Origin: Lingula anatina
Lineage: Eukaryota > Animalia > Brachiopoda
NCBI GenBank assembly: GCA_051362555.1
Contig: CM120640.1
Location: forward strand, 38,604,788 to 38,668,787
Direction: 5' to 3'
DNA length: 64,000 bases
The position numbers and the translations under genes are program-made. Shown in pieces: positions 25,701-40,700 of the stretch (the first letter of the stretch is position 1; every line of letters starts with the position of its first letter). The notes below the pieces were generated by a model. That model made no database searches. It worked only from the letters and a program-made list of their open reading frames with translations, and was not told the DNA's origin.

Positions 25701-28700
25701 AACATATCATATTCAAATGCCACAGATAACAGGCTCTTTCTTGAACATAGTTTGGGAAATAATTGAAAAACGAACCCTAAAAGAAAGCATTTGGTAAATT
25801 TTCACTGTAAAGTCGTGTTTCCTGCCTAGTTGGGCTGACCTATCTCTATACACAGGATATACAACCCATCTTACCATCTTAGCAGGCTGTCTGATTACTT
25901 ATAGCTCACCAAAGAAAGCAAATCTTATCCCTTAGATGCTCCAATCTCACTACCATTTAAATTGAATGCTATTAAATTATCTTCATATGGTAACCTTATT
26001 TTAATGATATTCCAAGATAAGAAGTACCAAGATATATCAACCCAACTTCACTGGAAACACTACATAAGGATCTCCACAAAGGAAAGAACAAACATGCTGA
26101 AATGTCTACACTCAAATTTACTGTGGGTCACTTATTTGTTTCTCAGTAGGAAGTCCCACTAGCAATCCAGCTATTTTACTCTTGTAAACACAAGAACATA
26201 CATTTTGGGAGTAGATTGAAGTAGTATTTGGTTGTTTTTTCTTGTAATGAAACATACTTCAACCAAGCACATAAAAACAACTCACCGAATTACACATGGC
26301 CAGGGTTCAAATCTGTGTGGGCCTGGACAGAAAATAATAAAGATAATATTTTCTTAATTTTACCTCTAATTATGAGTGTATAAAATATTCTTTTGATGGA
26401 TAACCCGCCTCTGCAAAAACAGATAAATAATGTAATTAAATATCTTTAAAAAGGTCAAATACCATATTTTAAGATGGATAGCTGCAATCTCTCATTAATG
26501 TGTAGTCACATAGCAATATAATCCAAGCACAAAAAAGGCCATTTATCCTTTAAGATATAGATATCGTCTGCAAAATATAGTCTTAAAGAATTGCCAGGTC
26601 AGCACTAAATGCCCTGCCAGTGCTAAGAAGTAACCTTTAAAAGCTTTGCTTTTTATTTACTGCATCATAAGCAATTTTGACAGTGCAGGATCATTATTTC
26701 CTATGGATCAGGTATTCAGTCTATGTCCTTCACGTCTGTATTAGCAGCCACCCCAAACTCTGGCCATTAACATTTCCCCCCATGGCACGCGGTTGATGGA
26801 GTGCGATTCCAATCAGGGCAATTTAGCATCTTTACACTTAATTCTATGCAGTCAGCTTCATTAAATGAGACAGCTTATAACTTAGGATGAAAATGTCAGG
26901 TATAAATGAGTTGGACCTTTCAGCAAGATTTACCTTTATTTTCCTATATCCAGGTAAATTGTGAACAAATAAGGTCGGTTCTAACATCAACATATCATGA
27001 TTTTGCATGAAAAATGTTTCAAACGTCAAATCAGCTGAGCAGTGCTTATGATGGTCTAAAGGAAGAGGAAAATCTCATTAAGTTAGTAACTTAAAGTCAA
27101 CCTTTTAAAAGTCCGACCAATTCATCAGGGAGAGGTCCCATGTCAACACCAGGGGAACACACCTATGCAATTAAAAAAAAAGCCTGCCTAATTTAATTTC
27201 TTTGGATAATAGTAACACCATACTAATTTGGGCCACAGGCAATGGAGCACACCGTACAATGTTTTGACCTGTCATGTAGCATTTGCAACCTTGTGTGTCT
27301 TTGACAACATACCATATGGTGCTGCCTTGAATTCCAAGGTGTCCCAATACATCATCTTACCAATCTTGCATAAAACAGGTTCAAAAGAAAGAAAAATACC
27401 ATTGACTTAAAATATCTTTAACAAGATAAGTTGAAATAATTACTAACTTTCATGATTAAATTAGTGGCTTGGTAGCTATCTCAGAGTTACCCCAGCTAAA
27501 AATAAATTTCCTTAAAGCCAGATCTAAGACAAACTGAGGCATGAAATACCATTTAATGGACTAAACTAGGTAAGTAGCTGGAGAGCTCCATTCCTCTAGA
27601 AACTGTCCATTCTCTTTGGCTAAAAAAAAATCGGGTTTGACCAACTGGCTTGTTTCTGGTTGACTTATGCTCATCATTTTCATTTATAATTAAGACATTC
27701 AATTTTAATGTATTTCTAGGAAACACACATAAAAAAACTTTTAATTGCCATATGTGAACTGCATTAATTATCATAGGTGTGCAGGCTACTAGCAAGTGCA
27801 CTGTATTTTCTTAGTCAGGTAATATTAATTTTATTTTGGTCGATGAACCCTGAATACAGGAAATCTTGTTTCACTTTTGAATTCATTCAGATTTTAGGCT
27901 TGATTTTCTGTTAAGGTATAAATTTGTATTTATACTGGTCATGTAAACTGGTTGGGTCAGTACAGTAGCTGTCAATGGACTTTTCCATTCCTTCATCCAA
28001 AGTGTACTGTTTAGTGGCATCACCATCACAACACTGCTACACAGCTGTGGAGGTTTTATTGGTGTCAAGGATGTCCCTGTTAGCAATGCCAGTCTATTTC
28101 AATGATTTATTTCTTCACAAAATACAAACTAGTTGCCCCTTGCTGTTTTCTTCAACTGTCTGACACATTCTGTCTAACCTAAAGCATGGCTTGTCATATG
28201 TTGTCTCTCTTTTCTACAATGTGTTTCCTTTCTAGGGACTTTTATGATCTCCCCTATGGAAAAATGGAGGTAAATCATAATTCATCTGAGCCAGTACTGA
28301 GCATTTTGACACTAATCTTTAGAAGAGAGGCAAATAAACTGGAGGGCAAATTCTGCCACCAAAAGTGTAACTGTTGAGAGGTTTGTAGTGCGTTTATTAG
28401 CCCAAAACACGGAAGGAAACAATTTTATTCAAAGATGAACCATAGGGTGAATGAATTTTCTATTAAAACAGACTCTTAAGGCATGGATTTATGTGTAGTA
28501 GATTAAAAAAATCCAAGTTATCTCAGGTCATATATCTCAAACAATGAAGTGCTCAATAGTTTCCTGAAGCAGGTTGACTCAGATATTAGGTAAACATTAA
28601 TTTTTATGTGAATTAGCATTGTAGATTTATACTGACACTCAGTTAAGTTCCAGTCGACCTTTTTCATTAATTACATATTGTTTCTAATAATTCAATACAA

Positions 28701-31700
28701 ACAAGTCTTAAATTTCACAGAAAGCCCAGATATTGAAAAACTTTCTACTTTGGACAATGACTATTTACCCTGGATACAGCTGTGAAAACTCCACCATAAA
28801 TGAAATCTTTGGGCGGGTGTTTTTTAAATGCATGAAGAATAATAGAGTTTCGAGTCCATTTATTTCATTTACTTCATTTACGGCATCTTTAATTCAATTA
28901 CAATGAAAACTGATTTAAAGGCGGTTACTCCCCATTGTTAACCTGACAGTAGCAAGTAAAAATATACAAGTATAACAAACTTAGATTACTTAAATTTGGT
29001 CATCTGGAAAGTATAAAAGCCTATCCCATTTTATACAATCTCCTTTGAACTCAAGGTGAAATTGAAAAGATAATCTTTGGAATGTAGTATACAAATTAAC
29101 AATTGTAAATGTTTTGTCTGTCAGTCATTGTTTCGATTGATTCTTTGCACATTCTATCCTTGGCTTAAACAGAATGTCACCAAAATTTCAAGAGCTAGTT
29201 CAAAGGGTACAGCAGCAAAGGCCACCCATGCCACCCAATTGATCTTGGAAATTTGTCAGAGTCTTCATGGATAATAGTGGGCGTAAAATGGTAAAATCTC
29301 TATAAAAAGAGGGACGATGTGACAGTTAGGTAAACTAAGAATAAAGCAGCTTTACTGTATTATCATTACCCATACTCAGGGCTCCAAATTATACTTATCA
29401 AGCCAGAGATATGGTATCTCTTAACGAAACAAGGAGCCCATTGGCAGTACATGCACTACAGCATTTCGTAGCCTTGGGCCTATAGATATAAGCCAGCTAG
29501 TTGGCTGGTTTACTGGTTTGTCACACAGATAGATGCACATGTACTACACAGACCATCTCCCCTGCCAGACATATACACAGTAAATTGTGCATCCACTTAA
29601 CCCTGTCAACCTCTACTTCCCAAGACAACATGCCAAGTGCTCAGTTTTATTGCTGTCATAAGGTGTAAACGGAGCCCTATTTTGAACAAATATCTTATCC
29701 TGATATAACATGGTATTTCCTTAGTTGAAGGTATAAAGACCAGGCTAATAAAATATCTTCATTCCATCACTCGTTCGTCTTTCGTCATCATCGAGAAGCC
29801 AATCTGGTTTTATTTTGGTGTAAAAAGTGAACATGTTTATTCTCTCCTTCCCCACATGTTGGCAATCTCCAGTGTCTGGACCAAGCTGCACAGAGACATG
29901 GTTGCTATTAAAGAAAGAAATCCATTTAAGATGGCTGAAGACCTCCTGAATTATTACCCATTGTTGCAATGACAATCTATGGTTTTCAAAAGGTCAAAAA
30001 ATTGGGATTGATTTTTGCTGTAAGGAAAATGTAGCTATTTATGCCACCCTGACAGGCTCTGGTTGTGACCTCCAAATTCTTCATCATGGAGATGGTGAAC
30101 ACTTTTAACATAGGACAGATGATGTATTGAGACACAGAGACCATAACACACCTTACCATGTTACTGTACTCTGAAAACAATTTTAAGGAATTTGATTTTT
30201 TTCTTCTTCTAGATGAGCCTTTACATGACAAGAGAATCAATCAGCTCAAAATCCTAAGTTTAAGAAATCATTATCAAAGTGATATATATATTCGAAGCAT
30301 ATCAGACTGTTCACACATTCAGTAGAATTTATATACAGTAAATGTTGTATTAGTAACAACCTAGATAAGCCAATCCTTAAGTAATAACATGGATCTTGAT
30401 AAGGGGTGCTGCTGGAATTCTATTTTATTCAATGTCATATGAACATTTCAATAATACCAATAAGCTTAATAAGCTCTGCAGCATTATGTTGCTTAAAATC
30501 CACAACAATAAGTTCTTTCCAAACAAAAGTGGTGACTATCAGTTTAAAATTGTGAAATATCCTCAGAGGTAAAATCCCATATTGGGACAAAATAGCATGA
30601 AATTCTTTCAACTGATTATGGTTAAGAGCTCTTATAACACCTTTTGGAGAGCCACTCCAAGATCCAATTTTCAGAAATCCTTGCAATTCTGTCAGGAGCA
30701 TGGGTACAGCTGTGTTTGTATAAAAATCATAGATCAAAGAAAACCTCAAAGGCCAACTATGTATCTAACAGGCCACCTATCTGGGACCAGAGGGCCACTA
30801 AAACTGTTTTTGGACCCAATTTCAAAGGAACTTTTGTATTATCAAAGAGAAAAACACTAAATCTGTGCTGAAATCAAGTCATATTTGATAACGCATTGAT
30901 GTTTTACTTGTGACATTATAGCTTGACATGAATGTGAACTCTCCAGAACAGGTGGAAGAGACCTGTCGATATGTAACTCTAGGATAAATATACTCTGCTT
31001 GTACAAAAAACAAGATCATTAAACTGTATCATCAAACCAGGGATACTTAATACAAGAATCGGTTTTGTACAATTACTTGATAATCCTCCAACAAAGTGCA
31101 CAATTGGTCATGTATTCTAGAAAATCACTTGCCCTACAGGGTCCCTCACAGTAAAAAATAAGTTCCAGGTTGACTTTGTTAAAAATAACAGCGGACCTTA
31201 AGATGCTGGGCTCACACGCACTTGCAAGGGCTGATGGTCAGACAAACGTGTACAGCAGAATGTTTGAATTAACTTGTTACAAATGTAAAATAGGGATAAA
31301 GGATGGGGTTTTATTTGCCCACTTTTTTACTGATTAAAAATAGCCTGACTTCACATCTATGCCTGCCCTTGTCCAAGATGTGGAGAAATAGATTGCGCCT
31401 GTTACAAGTTTTCGGACGCATTTATCACATGTAAATCTCCACCTTACTGCCTTGTTACTAAGTAACCCACTACATACTATCTCTGCTTTTTCTACCACTT
31501 TCCAGAGGCAACAACATTGTTTGGATGTAGGTTAATGTAATATAACACCAGCACTTCAAACTGAACCATTCCTGTTTCTTTCTGGCCATACCCCTCAATG
31601 GAAGCCTCCCAACTGTGTTGGACAAACACTTCACACCTCCATCATAGCATCATAAAGACTAATTGTAAAGCAGCGAAATCCCAGTGCACCTGCTTCACTT

Positions 31701-34700
31701 GGCTTTCTAACAACTTTGACGACCCACATACACACATGCGTGCATGCATGCGTGCATGCATATCCACACATATTCAGCAATGTACATGTTATGCCATTAA
31801 ACATACAATGCAGTAGGCACTTTCATAATTATGCAACATTGATAAATTGATAGATGTTAGAGTAACACAGATGAATACTCAATTCTTTGTCCCTGGACAA
31901 ATTTCTTTCAAGCCCACTTGGCAAAAAATTTATTGTGGCATGTAGAAAATTTGCACAAAGAGGTTAATTACATAATGAAACAAGCAAGTTCAGCCCTTCT
32001 TTTCGATATCAAATGATTGTATAGCATGCGAACTAATTCTTTTCATTCAATTTTTGTGTAATAGTACATTATCTGTCTGTATCATGCAAAAGCAGTGACA
32101 CTAACAGTGATATGAACACATCATCTAAAACAAATTACAACATATAACATATGTAGCAGGCAGGTGGCAAGTGCATGATAATCATAAAACAGTTTATGGT
32201 TTCATTAACCCCCCCCCCAAAAAAAGAAAAAAAAATGTCCATGATTATGAACAAATGAAATATTAGACCTAATATATGAAGAGCAGGTAGGGAAACCTAT
32301 ACAAGTGAGAAGTCATAACCGTAAAATGAGATTTTAATCAGTCCTGTGCATGTCTGTCACCATTATTCTTCTAATAGAAAACAAAAATCAATGCCCAGGG
32401 TATGAATAAAGAAGTGTCACCTATATTGTAATTTGTCACTTCCTATAAACTGTACCAGGGTCATCAAACAGTAAAGCCCTGACTGTCATACATGTAGCCT
32501 ACCTTCAGAACCTATTTTATCAAAAGGTACTTTAGGTCCAATTTTGGGATGTTAGCACTTGATTGCGATTTCTCATTGTGCAACCCCCCCTGTGCTCCTT
32601 GTGAAGATGTCTTTACTCAATTTGAAAAAGGAAAACATTAGTTCTTAGGGGCAAGGGGGACATAAAACTAGCATCTACATCCAAAAGTTGTGGTTATTAT
32701 ATTTTATTACAACGTTTCTGACCATGGCCACAGTGAGACTCCTTTGAGTTGTACTAGTATAACACCCCATTTCCATAGATTTTTAGATCGATCTATCCCT
32801 GTGGGGAGTCTCACTAGATTACTGTCAGCTTGGCCGGCTTAAGCGTCTGTCCCGCCTACAAAAAGCTGTAAGGGGGTAATTAACTATGGTGCCTGATCGG
32901 CTGACTGCAATTTAGCGTGAACCCCCAGGGAGTTAGGTCGATCTAAAACTTAATCTTTAGATCGATCTAAATCTCTGGGAAAGCACTCTAAGATAGAGCT
33001 TTTTTTTTGTATTGGCACAGTATGGTTAGACATAATTAGTTTATAAACAATTTATCTTATCATTAACTTGTGAGTGATTAATACTAAACATCCTTGCAGT
33101 TCAGTTGTGTGCTTTGGCTTCTGATGAAAAGGTTAAGTTTAGTCTGAAAAGATACATTTCATTTAAAAAACCTGATAGACGCAAATGTTTATAGCAAATT
33201 TTGCTCTCCTAACACAAAAAACTACCCTAAAATACAATCTTGACATGTGAGAAAGAAAAACCTGGTATCTCGATTTCAGTCTCACCTGTAGACACCAATA
33301 TTGAAATTTTACGACAAACAGAACACTAGAAGTTAATTTTATGAAGTACCTTTGGGTGGGCTTCCCTTACTCTACTCAAACAACACAGAAGCTGCAAAAC
33401 AATGGGATATTTAGCCGTTCCATCTCAGTATCCCGACTCATCAGTCATTGCCACCCTGTTTTATTGTTTACAGTAGCAGCATTCATCCATCTCTTTTTTA
33501 TAATGAAAAGCTCATATAAAGTGGCCTTCTTATGATGATGAATGAGAAGAGGTGGACATAAAACCAATGGCCAGCTAAATTAGACTTTAAAAGTGGTGGG
33601 TACTTATAGTAATCCAAGTTGTCTGCCAATACTTGAAATCAGCCATTTAAAAACATAAATAAAATTACATAGCAATAATTTTATCTCTTTTTCATTGAAA
33701 ATTCTCCAAACAATTTAATTTAATCTATACATCAATTCAACACAATCTATTGAAGTTTTTTATATCCCCAAAAAGGAAATGTGATGGCTTTATGTATTAT
33801 GGTAACATCTATGTAAAATATCTTAAAACTCAATCAATAATTTTAAAAAACTTGGATTTTTAATGGCCCTACTTGATAGACTGTCAAGTTCACAGAAGGT
33901 CAAAATGAGGTCAAAAAGTTGTTTTGTGGTCAAATGTCAACACAACACCTGTATTTTTTCTCTTATAATGAGACCTTAATTAACTCACCTAATTATCATC
34001 TCGTACCAAAACACATATCAAAGTGACCTTTCAAAAAGGAATTATCCAAATTGCCATTTTCAAACCTCAATGTTTGCTAGTTTGGCTCTACTTGTAAAAG
34101 CATTTGAGTCTTGATGGACATCAATAATTCTGATGTGTGTTGCCCATTACACACCCAATTGACACCAACATCAGAGGCCAAGCCACTACATTATTCCAAT
34201 ATGGGCCTAGTTTAAACTGACATTTCTGCTAAGTTGGCATTTAGGTAATGTCCTGCTGACAATGAGTTCATCTCTCTCTCTCTCTCTCTCTCTCTCAAGC
34301 TTTTCATGTTCTTTTATACCTTCCTTTTTTTTAAAAAAGTTTCCTCAATTTCATGCATATTTGCATTCTGTTTTCAAACATTTGAACCATTGTAACATTA
34401 ACATTTATATAGATGACATTTTTAATATATCTGAGCTATCTCTTAAATTTTTGAGACATCTGGCACATGCGTATAAAGTCTCCAATTAAAAAACAATCAA
34501 AAGATTACAGCTGCTATAATGCATAAACGAAGAACTGAGGTATCAATCAAATGGTCAATTTTGTCTTTAAAAATAACATATGGCAGGATTTCTATGTTAA
34601 AATTGTGGCTAATCTTCAGTTTACTCCTCCTCTGCTGTGAAATATCACTGCTGCCTGTTGACTTGAATTCGGACCGAGGGACGAGAGATTCATAAAAGTA

Positions 34701-37700
34701 AGTTTTGCTCCTCCAAGGTGTGCTATGACCCCAGTGTATAAACCCTCCCAACTCTCTATTATTTACCAAAAGAAATAGTTGCAGGAAATCTATCCACTTA
34801 GATACAGTAGCATTTCACCCCAAGGGATGGGTCAGTGAAGGGTCTCCGATTCTGTCAATGTTTTTTTGTATTACAATGACAAACAGTAACCATTAGACCT
34901 TGAACAACAAGACAAGGTCCTGGGGCCATCTCCTTCGCGCAAGCTTGAAATTTGTTTCAGAAATGCAATACTTCTCCCCACCTGTACTGCTGGGCGAGGC
35001 TATAAAAATATACATACCTGACTAGCAATGATAACTGTTAAGGTCAGGATTTTGAAATAAAAAAATCAGCTCTGTACAGAGTACTCTGTATCCGTATTTA
35101 AGTTTTAGCAGGTACATGCTATACCCTACTTTAGTTGAAAAGATGAATATCAGATAGAAATTACATTTTGCATTGCTGGAAAAGAATGTTGCAATATTTA
35201 AGATCCCTGCAGCATAATGTTCAGAGTAACCCCAATACACAGAGGGGTGTTTCCTGAATTGATGCTTTCAATAAGAAACATGCCACAAATACAGGGAACG
35301 CTATGTTCCAAGTTTGTTAGGTGGTGCATTAGCCTGTGTTTGTCCAAACCTTCATTTTAAACTGCTGTGTTTTCTTATGGTATTTTACCTTCCATCACAA
35401 CACCTAAGGGATTCCTGGGGAGACATTATGGGCTTTTAAGCCATTCTAAAAGCAAGGTTTTTAAGCTTCGTTTTAAACCAACAGCTTCATAAAAAATGAA
35501 AGGGAAACAAATGTATCCTTAATGTTTACAACTGGTCTGAATAAAAAGAATAGAAACAAGAGAAGTTTTGAGAGTGATGACATCATATGGCTTTTACTCC
35601 TCTTTTTTTTTGTGCCCTCAAAAGTAACAATTCTAGTTCTAAACATAAGAAAAATCCAATAAAAAACAAGGGTTCAGTCCAAACACAGTAATGACATCAT
35701 AGGGCTTTTCTGTACAAATTCTAGTTCAAAGGAAAGGGAAAATGTTTCCAGAAAAAAATGGGGAGTAGTACCAATGCTGTGCTGACATCACAGTATTTTT
35801 TCTAAATACTTCAAGGTATCAAACTAACTCTAAACAAGAATACAATGTTTTTCAATTGTTATAAAAAGAATCTCAAACGAAACACTTTCACACATTGATG
35901 TCAAGAAAAGGGTAGGCGCCCCATGAGGAGCTGTCTGACATAACATTTCCCCAGATTGCATGAGTTTGGGGAATTAAGTTTTACGATAGGTTGCTCTACA
36001 TTAAATTATGAATACACGCCATTTGGTGCCAAAAACATAGGAACCACAATTGAAGCAAGCTTCAGACTGTATCTAAAAGCCAAGAAAAATAGGGTGAAAA
36101 ATCCAAAACCTCTGGCTGAAGTGATAGCAAGTTTACCTGACACCAAACACACCTTGTCTACACTGTCAAATATGATAACCGCACTTATGCAACATAAAAA
36201 TACAAGCTTTTGTTTTTATGCTACACATCTTTGTGGGATGATTGCATAATTGAGCAACAAGACAGTTTGGCTGCCACATAAGCTGGGTTTGGTAAATGAG
36301 AAAATGAAGCCACATGTGATATGTACAAGAAAAAGGAGAAAGAGAACTTTATGCTATGACACGTTCCAAGATACTAACTTTGGTGCGAGCAAAAGAAAGG
36401 CACTTCTTTATTCAATGTCTTGTACAGATCGTGAAGAATTAGAAAAGTTAATTTTTACTGCTTTGATGCAAATTCTTTAACTAATAAGAACAGCTGAATG
36501 TAACACGCCATAATTTTGGTTTTTCTAGTTACGACCTTAGGGGGGCTTAGGCCTTCAGTTTACTCTGCTTCTGTTGTAGAATACCCTGAAATGACTACAT
36601 AACATATATGGCTAGGTTGTACTTGCTGGCAAAGTTCAAAAAGCTTTATTGTTTTGTTTTCATACACTATTTGCTTCAACTCCTGCGGTCATTTCAGTTG
36701 ACTGATTAAGACTCTGCCTCATTTCACACAGAATTAATAGTTACACATTTGTGGTAAGACAGCTATTGTAGACCATTTATTTTGGTATGGCGAAGAACTG
36801 CTTCAAAAGCTACATAAACTGCAGCACTGCTTCAAAGACTGCTTGTGTGGTCGTTTACCATCAACATTTTGGTACTAATTCATATTCTATCAGTGTCCCC
36901 AAAAACATACAGTTTTGTCACTTGAAATGTGGCTTGTGTCTCTGATTTACACCTGAACTAAGGACAAATCTTTCAGAGCCCTTCCCTGCATCTGCACTAA
37001 GTCACCCATATCTCTTAACAGTATAGGTGTACAAACAGACTTCTTTGCATTACAAGAATCTCCCCCAGATATCTACGCTTCATTGCTAGTGGTAATTTGA
37101 TTGCCACAATCAATTTGTTACTAGTTGTGTAGTTGACTGGACTATTTACCTTCTACCTGTTCTGTCCTGAAGTTAACTAAAGAAACAACCTAACAGAATG
37201 CTGAAGAGCTTTTGTTAAAGAAATAAAAATAAAGAAGCCCAATCAGATTACCCTATTCGGTATTGACTTAATATATAAAGATGGAATATTTCTGTTAAAA
37301 TCAAATGTTTTTTATTCGGGTGTTAATGGCAGCATAACAAAATATAAAGATTAGAAGTGCTAATGCTATAAACCTACCAATTATTTGCCCTGCTTTTCAT
37401 ATCAATGAACTCAGCCATTTATTTTCTTTTTAATTCTATAGAATCTTTAAATTACTTGGTGTTGAATGATACAGCCTTGGTTTTCATCAGATAACACACA
37501 AAGTTTACCACAGAAGTCAAATCATATTTTCCCTAATGCAAACACCTTGGATGAATTAGATGCTATCAGTAAGGCTCAACTGTTGGAGAAAGTTTCAGAG
37601 TATCATCTAGGTCACAAACACAAAACTAAATTCAAACAAAAAGATATACATCTAAAAGGCAATACTAAAGAATTTCAAGTATCCCAGAAGTAAATCTCTA

Positions 37701-40700
37701 CTAAATACCAAACATGCAACACAGGTAACACTGATGATAGTAATTTTAATTTAAAAAAGGCAAAAAATATTTAATTGATAACATTGCATTGGTAAAAGGG
37801 AACTTCATTGTAAGGGAAAACATGAAACTTAAAGAGTTTGTCCAGACCACTTTGCCAAATATGTACACAACACCTTATACCACAAACTTCAAGCTTTGCA
37901 ATGATAAACTAACACACCATTCATGTTGTCTCCTTTGAGACAGGTGATCGTCAAAGGTTATCTAGATGTTGCTCATTAATTTTCAATTTCCTGCCTTTAT
38001 AGAATTTGTTGACAAATTTTAACACCATCCCCATTGGTAAGGTATAAATAACTCCAAATCAGACAGATAGTAAAGAAACAGGACTCTTCTTGTTCCCTAT
38101 GTTATATGAAAAATCAACAAACTTAGGGGTTAAATCACTTATTTTGAAACTCTGTTCACAATATCTAATCTCTGAGGAACAGGATCATCAAAGGGTTCCG
38201 CCTCTTGATGGCTGCACTTATTTCAGACTTCGCAGTGGATAAAGACATTACAAAAGGTGCTTGTGTTGAAATAAAATAAGATGGCATTCGTGAATAAACA
38301 TTCGTAGACCATAAAATTAACAAAACACTTTAATAGGGTAACATGAAAAAGGGATGAAAGTTGCGCTTTTTGGGTTAGAAATAAAGCAGTGAGGGGCTTA
38401 AGAAAAAAAGCTTTGAAAAACGTGTAAAACACTTTAAACAGCCTCCAGCCTGTTTGTGTAGTTCGTGTTCATTTGTTTGTACCACAGTCTTGTCAGTTTA
38501 AGTTGCCATATTTTGAGAAGCAACACACAAATATTTGAGCCGTGATTTTTACTGAAGTAAAGTGAGAACAATAGGCCAACTTGGGCAAAACATGATCTAG
38601 CAAGACCTCTTATTATGAACCTCTTCTGAGTTATGGTAGTAAATGTCATTTACCTATTAAATTCATATCCTTTGATGTTGTTTTCACTCCCATTTATCTG
38701 TTTGTACAAGCAGCTAGCAAAGCATGGATGACTTGAATAGAGAAATGAATTCACAACACAGACATTATACTGCTTTTGTATGCTACCAATTTTTTCATAG
38801 AAATTCACTTTTGTCTGAAAATAACTAACTTGGGTTAAAGGCAATTTTACCCTATCATCATAAATGCCCCATGATGAAAACTACAATAGAGAGAAAATAA
38901 ATGGCAATAGGCTTTGTCAGATAAGCGGAACACAAAATATCATTAAAATTTTTGTCAACTAAATATTTTTCATATCTTGGGGGTCTCATAAACACCCAAG
39001 AAAGGACTAGTCATAAATTGTTCCAAATCTAAGTATAATAGCATACAATATGAAGTGTTGGTGATACTGGAAAGTCACACTGCTTTCTACAATAGGGAAA
39101 CTTGCAAGGGTATGACCTGCGCCTTTGAAATCCAACATCACCCTTGAGAAAGTTGATTTCTCACCCTTGGTTTTGGACAACTTTTGTTCAATTGGCATAC
39201 CTTGAAGGTACAGAGTCTTGAAAAAACAAACCAGAAATTGAATTATGAAATCAAAATAGGCAATATTAGTTTTCAAATCCATCCAGTCTTAATGTTCAGG
39301 ACCATTTATCCTGACATTTTTACATCTCTTTTTAAATGTGACCGAATAAGCAGCAGACAAAATTTTTTGCTTGTCGACCCCCCCTTTGGTCTTAGTGCAA
39401 AGTTAATTACCAAGGTCCAGGTTTACTGTTTCCGACAAAAAAAGAAATTCTGTCTGGGCCAAACTTTATATTCTTCTTGACTGATAAGGGTCTCAGATAA
39501 GCCAATAAAGGTAGGTGTTCAGTGTTAGAATCAAATGTGGTTTTAATGCTGACCCCTTTGATAGCCTTCATCATCAGAACTAATAGATCATAAAAACACA
39601 CACAATAAAGGAAAGAAAACGTAGCAGCAAAAGCTACTGGCTATACATAATACAAGCATGGAAAGATACAGTATCAGCATCAATTATTCATAGTGAGAAT
39701 AAAACTGATTTGGATCACATTCAAGCTACCATCTGGCCATCCAATATAAAAAACAAACTCCTTATAAAAGTTCCCTGCGAAATGTTAATTGATCATTAAG
39801 CGTAAATGAGGTGATATATTCTAATTCCAAGTGACAGCACATGGCACTGGCGGTAACATGGAAATGTGTATATAGTATTTGCAGCTGATACTAGAGAGAA
39901 TGTGGTGACAAGTCAGTAACACCAGTAGTGCCATGTACCTGGCTGGCACAAGTCCAGACTACAAGCATGTAGCTTAATAAGGTGACAACTGCCGTCTGCT
40001 GATCTTATCTGAACTGGCCTCTTCAGCTGTGGATGGGGAGATGATTTGGAAGATATCTGATAACTTGAGAAAAAATTATAGCCCTTCTACTTTTTATTAG
40101 TTCCCAATTTGGTGAAATTTGGCATTACTGTTTTGGGGTTTTAAATTGGCTGAATGTATGCGATGAATGTAAGACGTAAACATTGTAGCACAGGTGGTTA
40201 GATAAGTCATGAAGATACTTATACTTTCATAAGGTAATTTGATACATATATTCTGAAATAAGAATTCTCCTACATGTCAGAAAGTATGTAGAGGCTGATT
40301 GAAACATTTTGGTGACAATGATGATGATGAATAAGGAATCTGTACCCAGTAGTTTCAAAATCAAAGCTATAGGTTAGTGTACCAGACCATCCCTCTGTGT
40401 GTAGCAGAAAAGATGGAGGAACTCCACACATCTGGTGTTCAAGGCCTGCTTGTAAACATATCAGTCCATGTGGTAGATTGCATGTTAGGGGGGAATAATG
40501 TGCTAGAGACCCAAAAATTGCCTTCTTGCATAACAGATTTCAATTGAGCATATAATTAGTGATGCCAATATCTCACCAACTCTCCCCCTTATCACTGCAG
40601 GGATGTAGTAATGGTGTGATGTGCACAGCATGGGATCTGATCTGACCAGCCCACCACATTTACAGGTCTAGACAACATAACAGCATTTATTACATGAGTT

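Noticed and set aside
39839-39936. miR-96/183/263-like ATGGCACTGG with a complementary AGTGCCATGT downstream
   Set aside because: Only about 10 bp pair, the arms are ~75 nt apart, and the 3' half does not match the mature miRNA.
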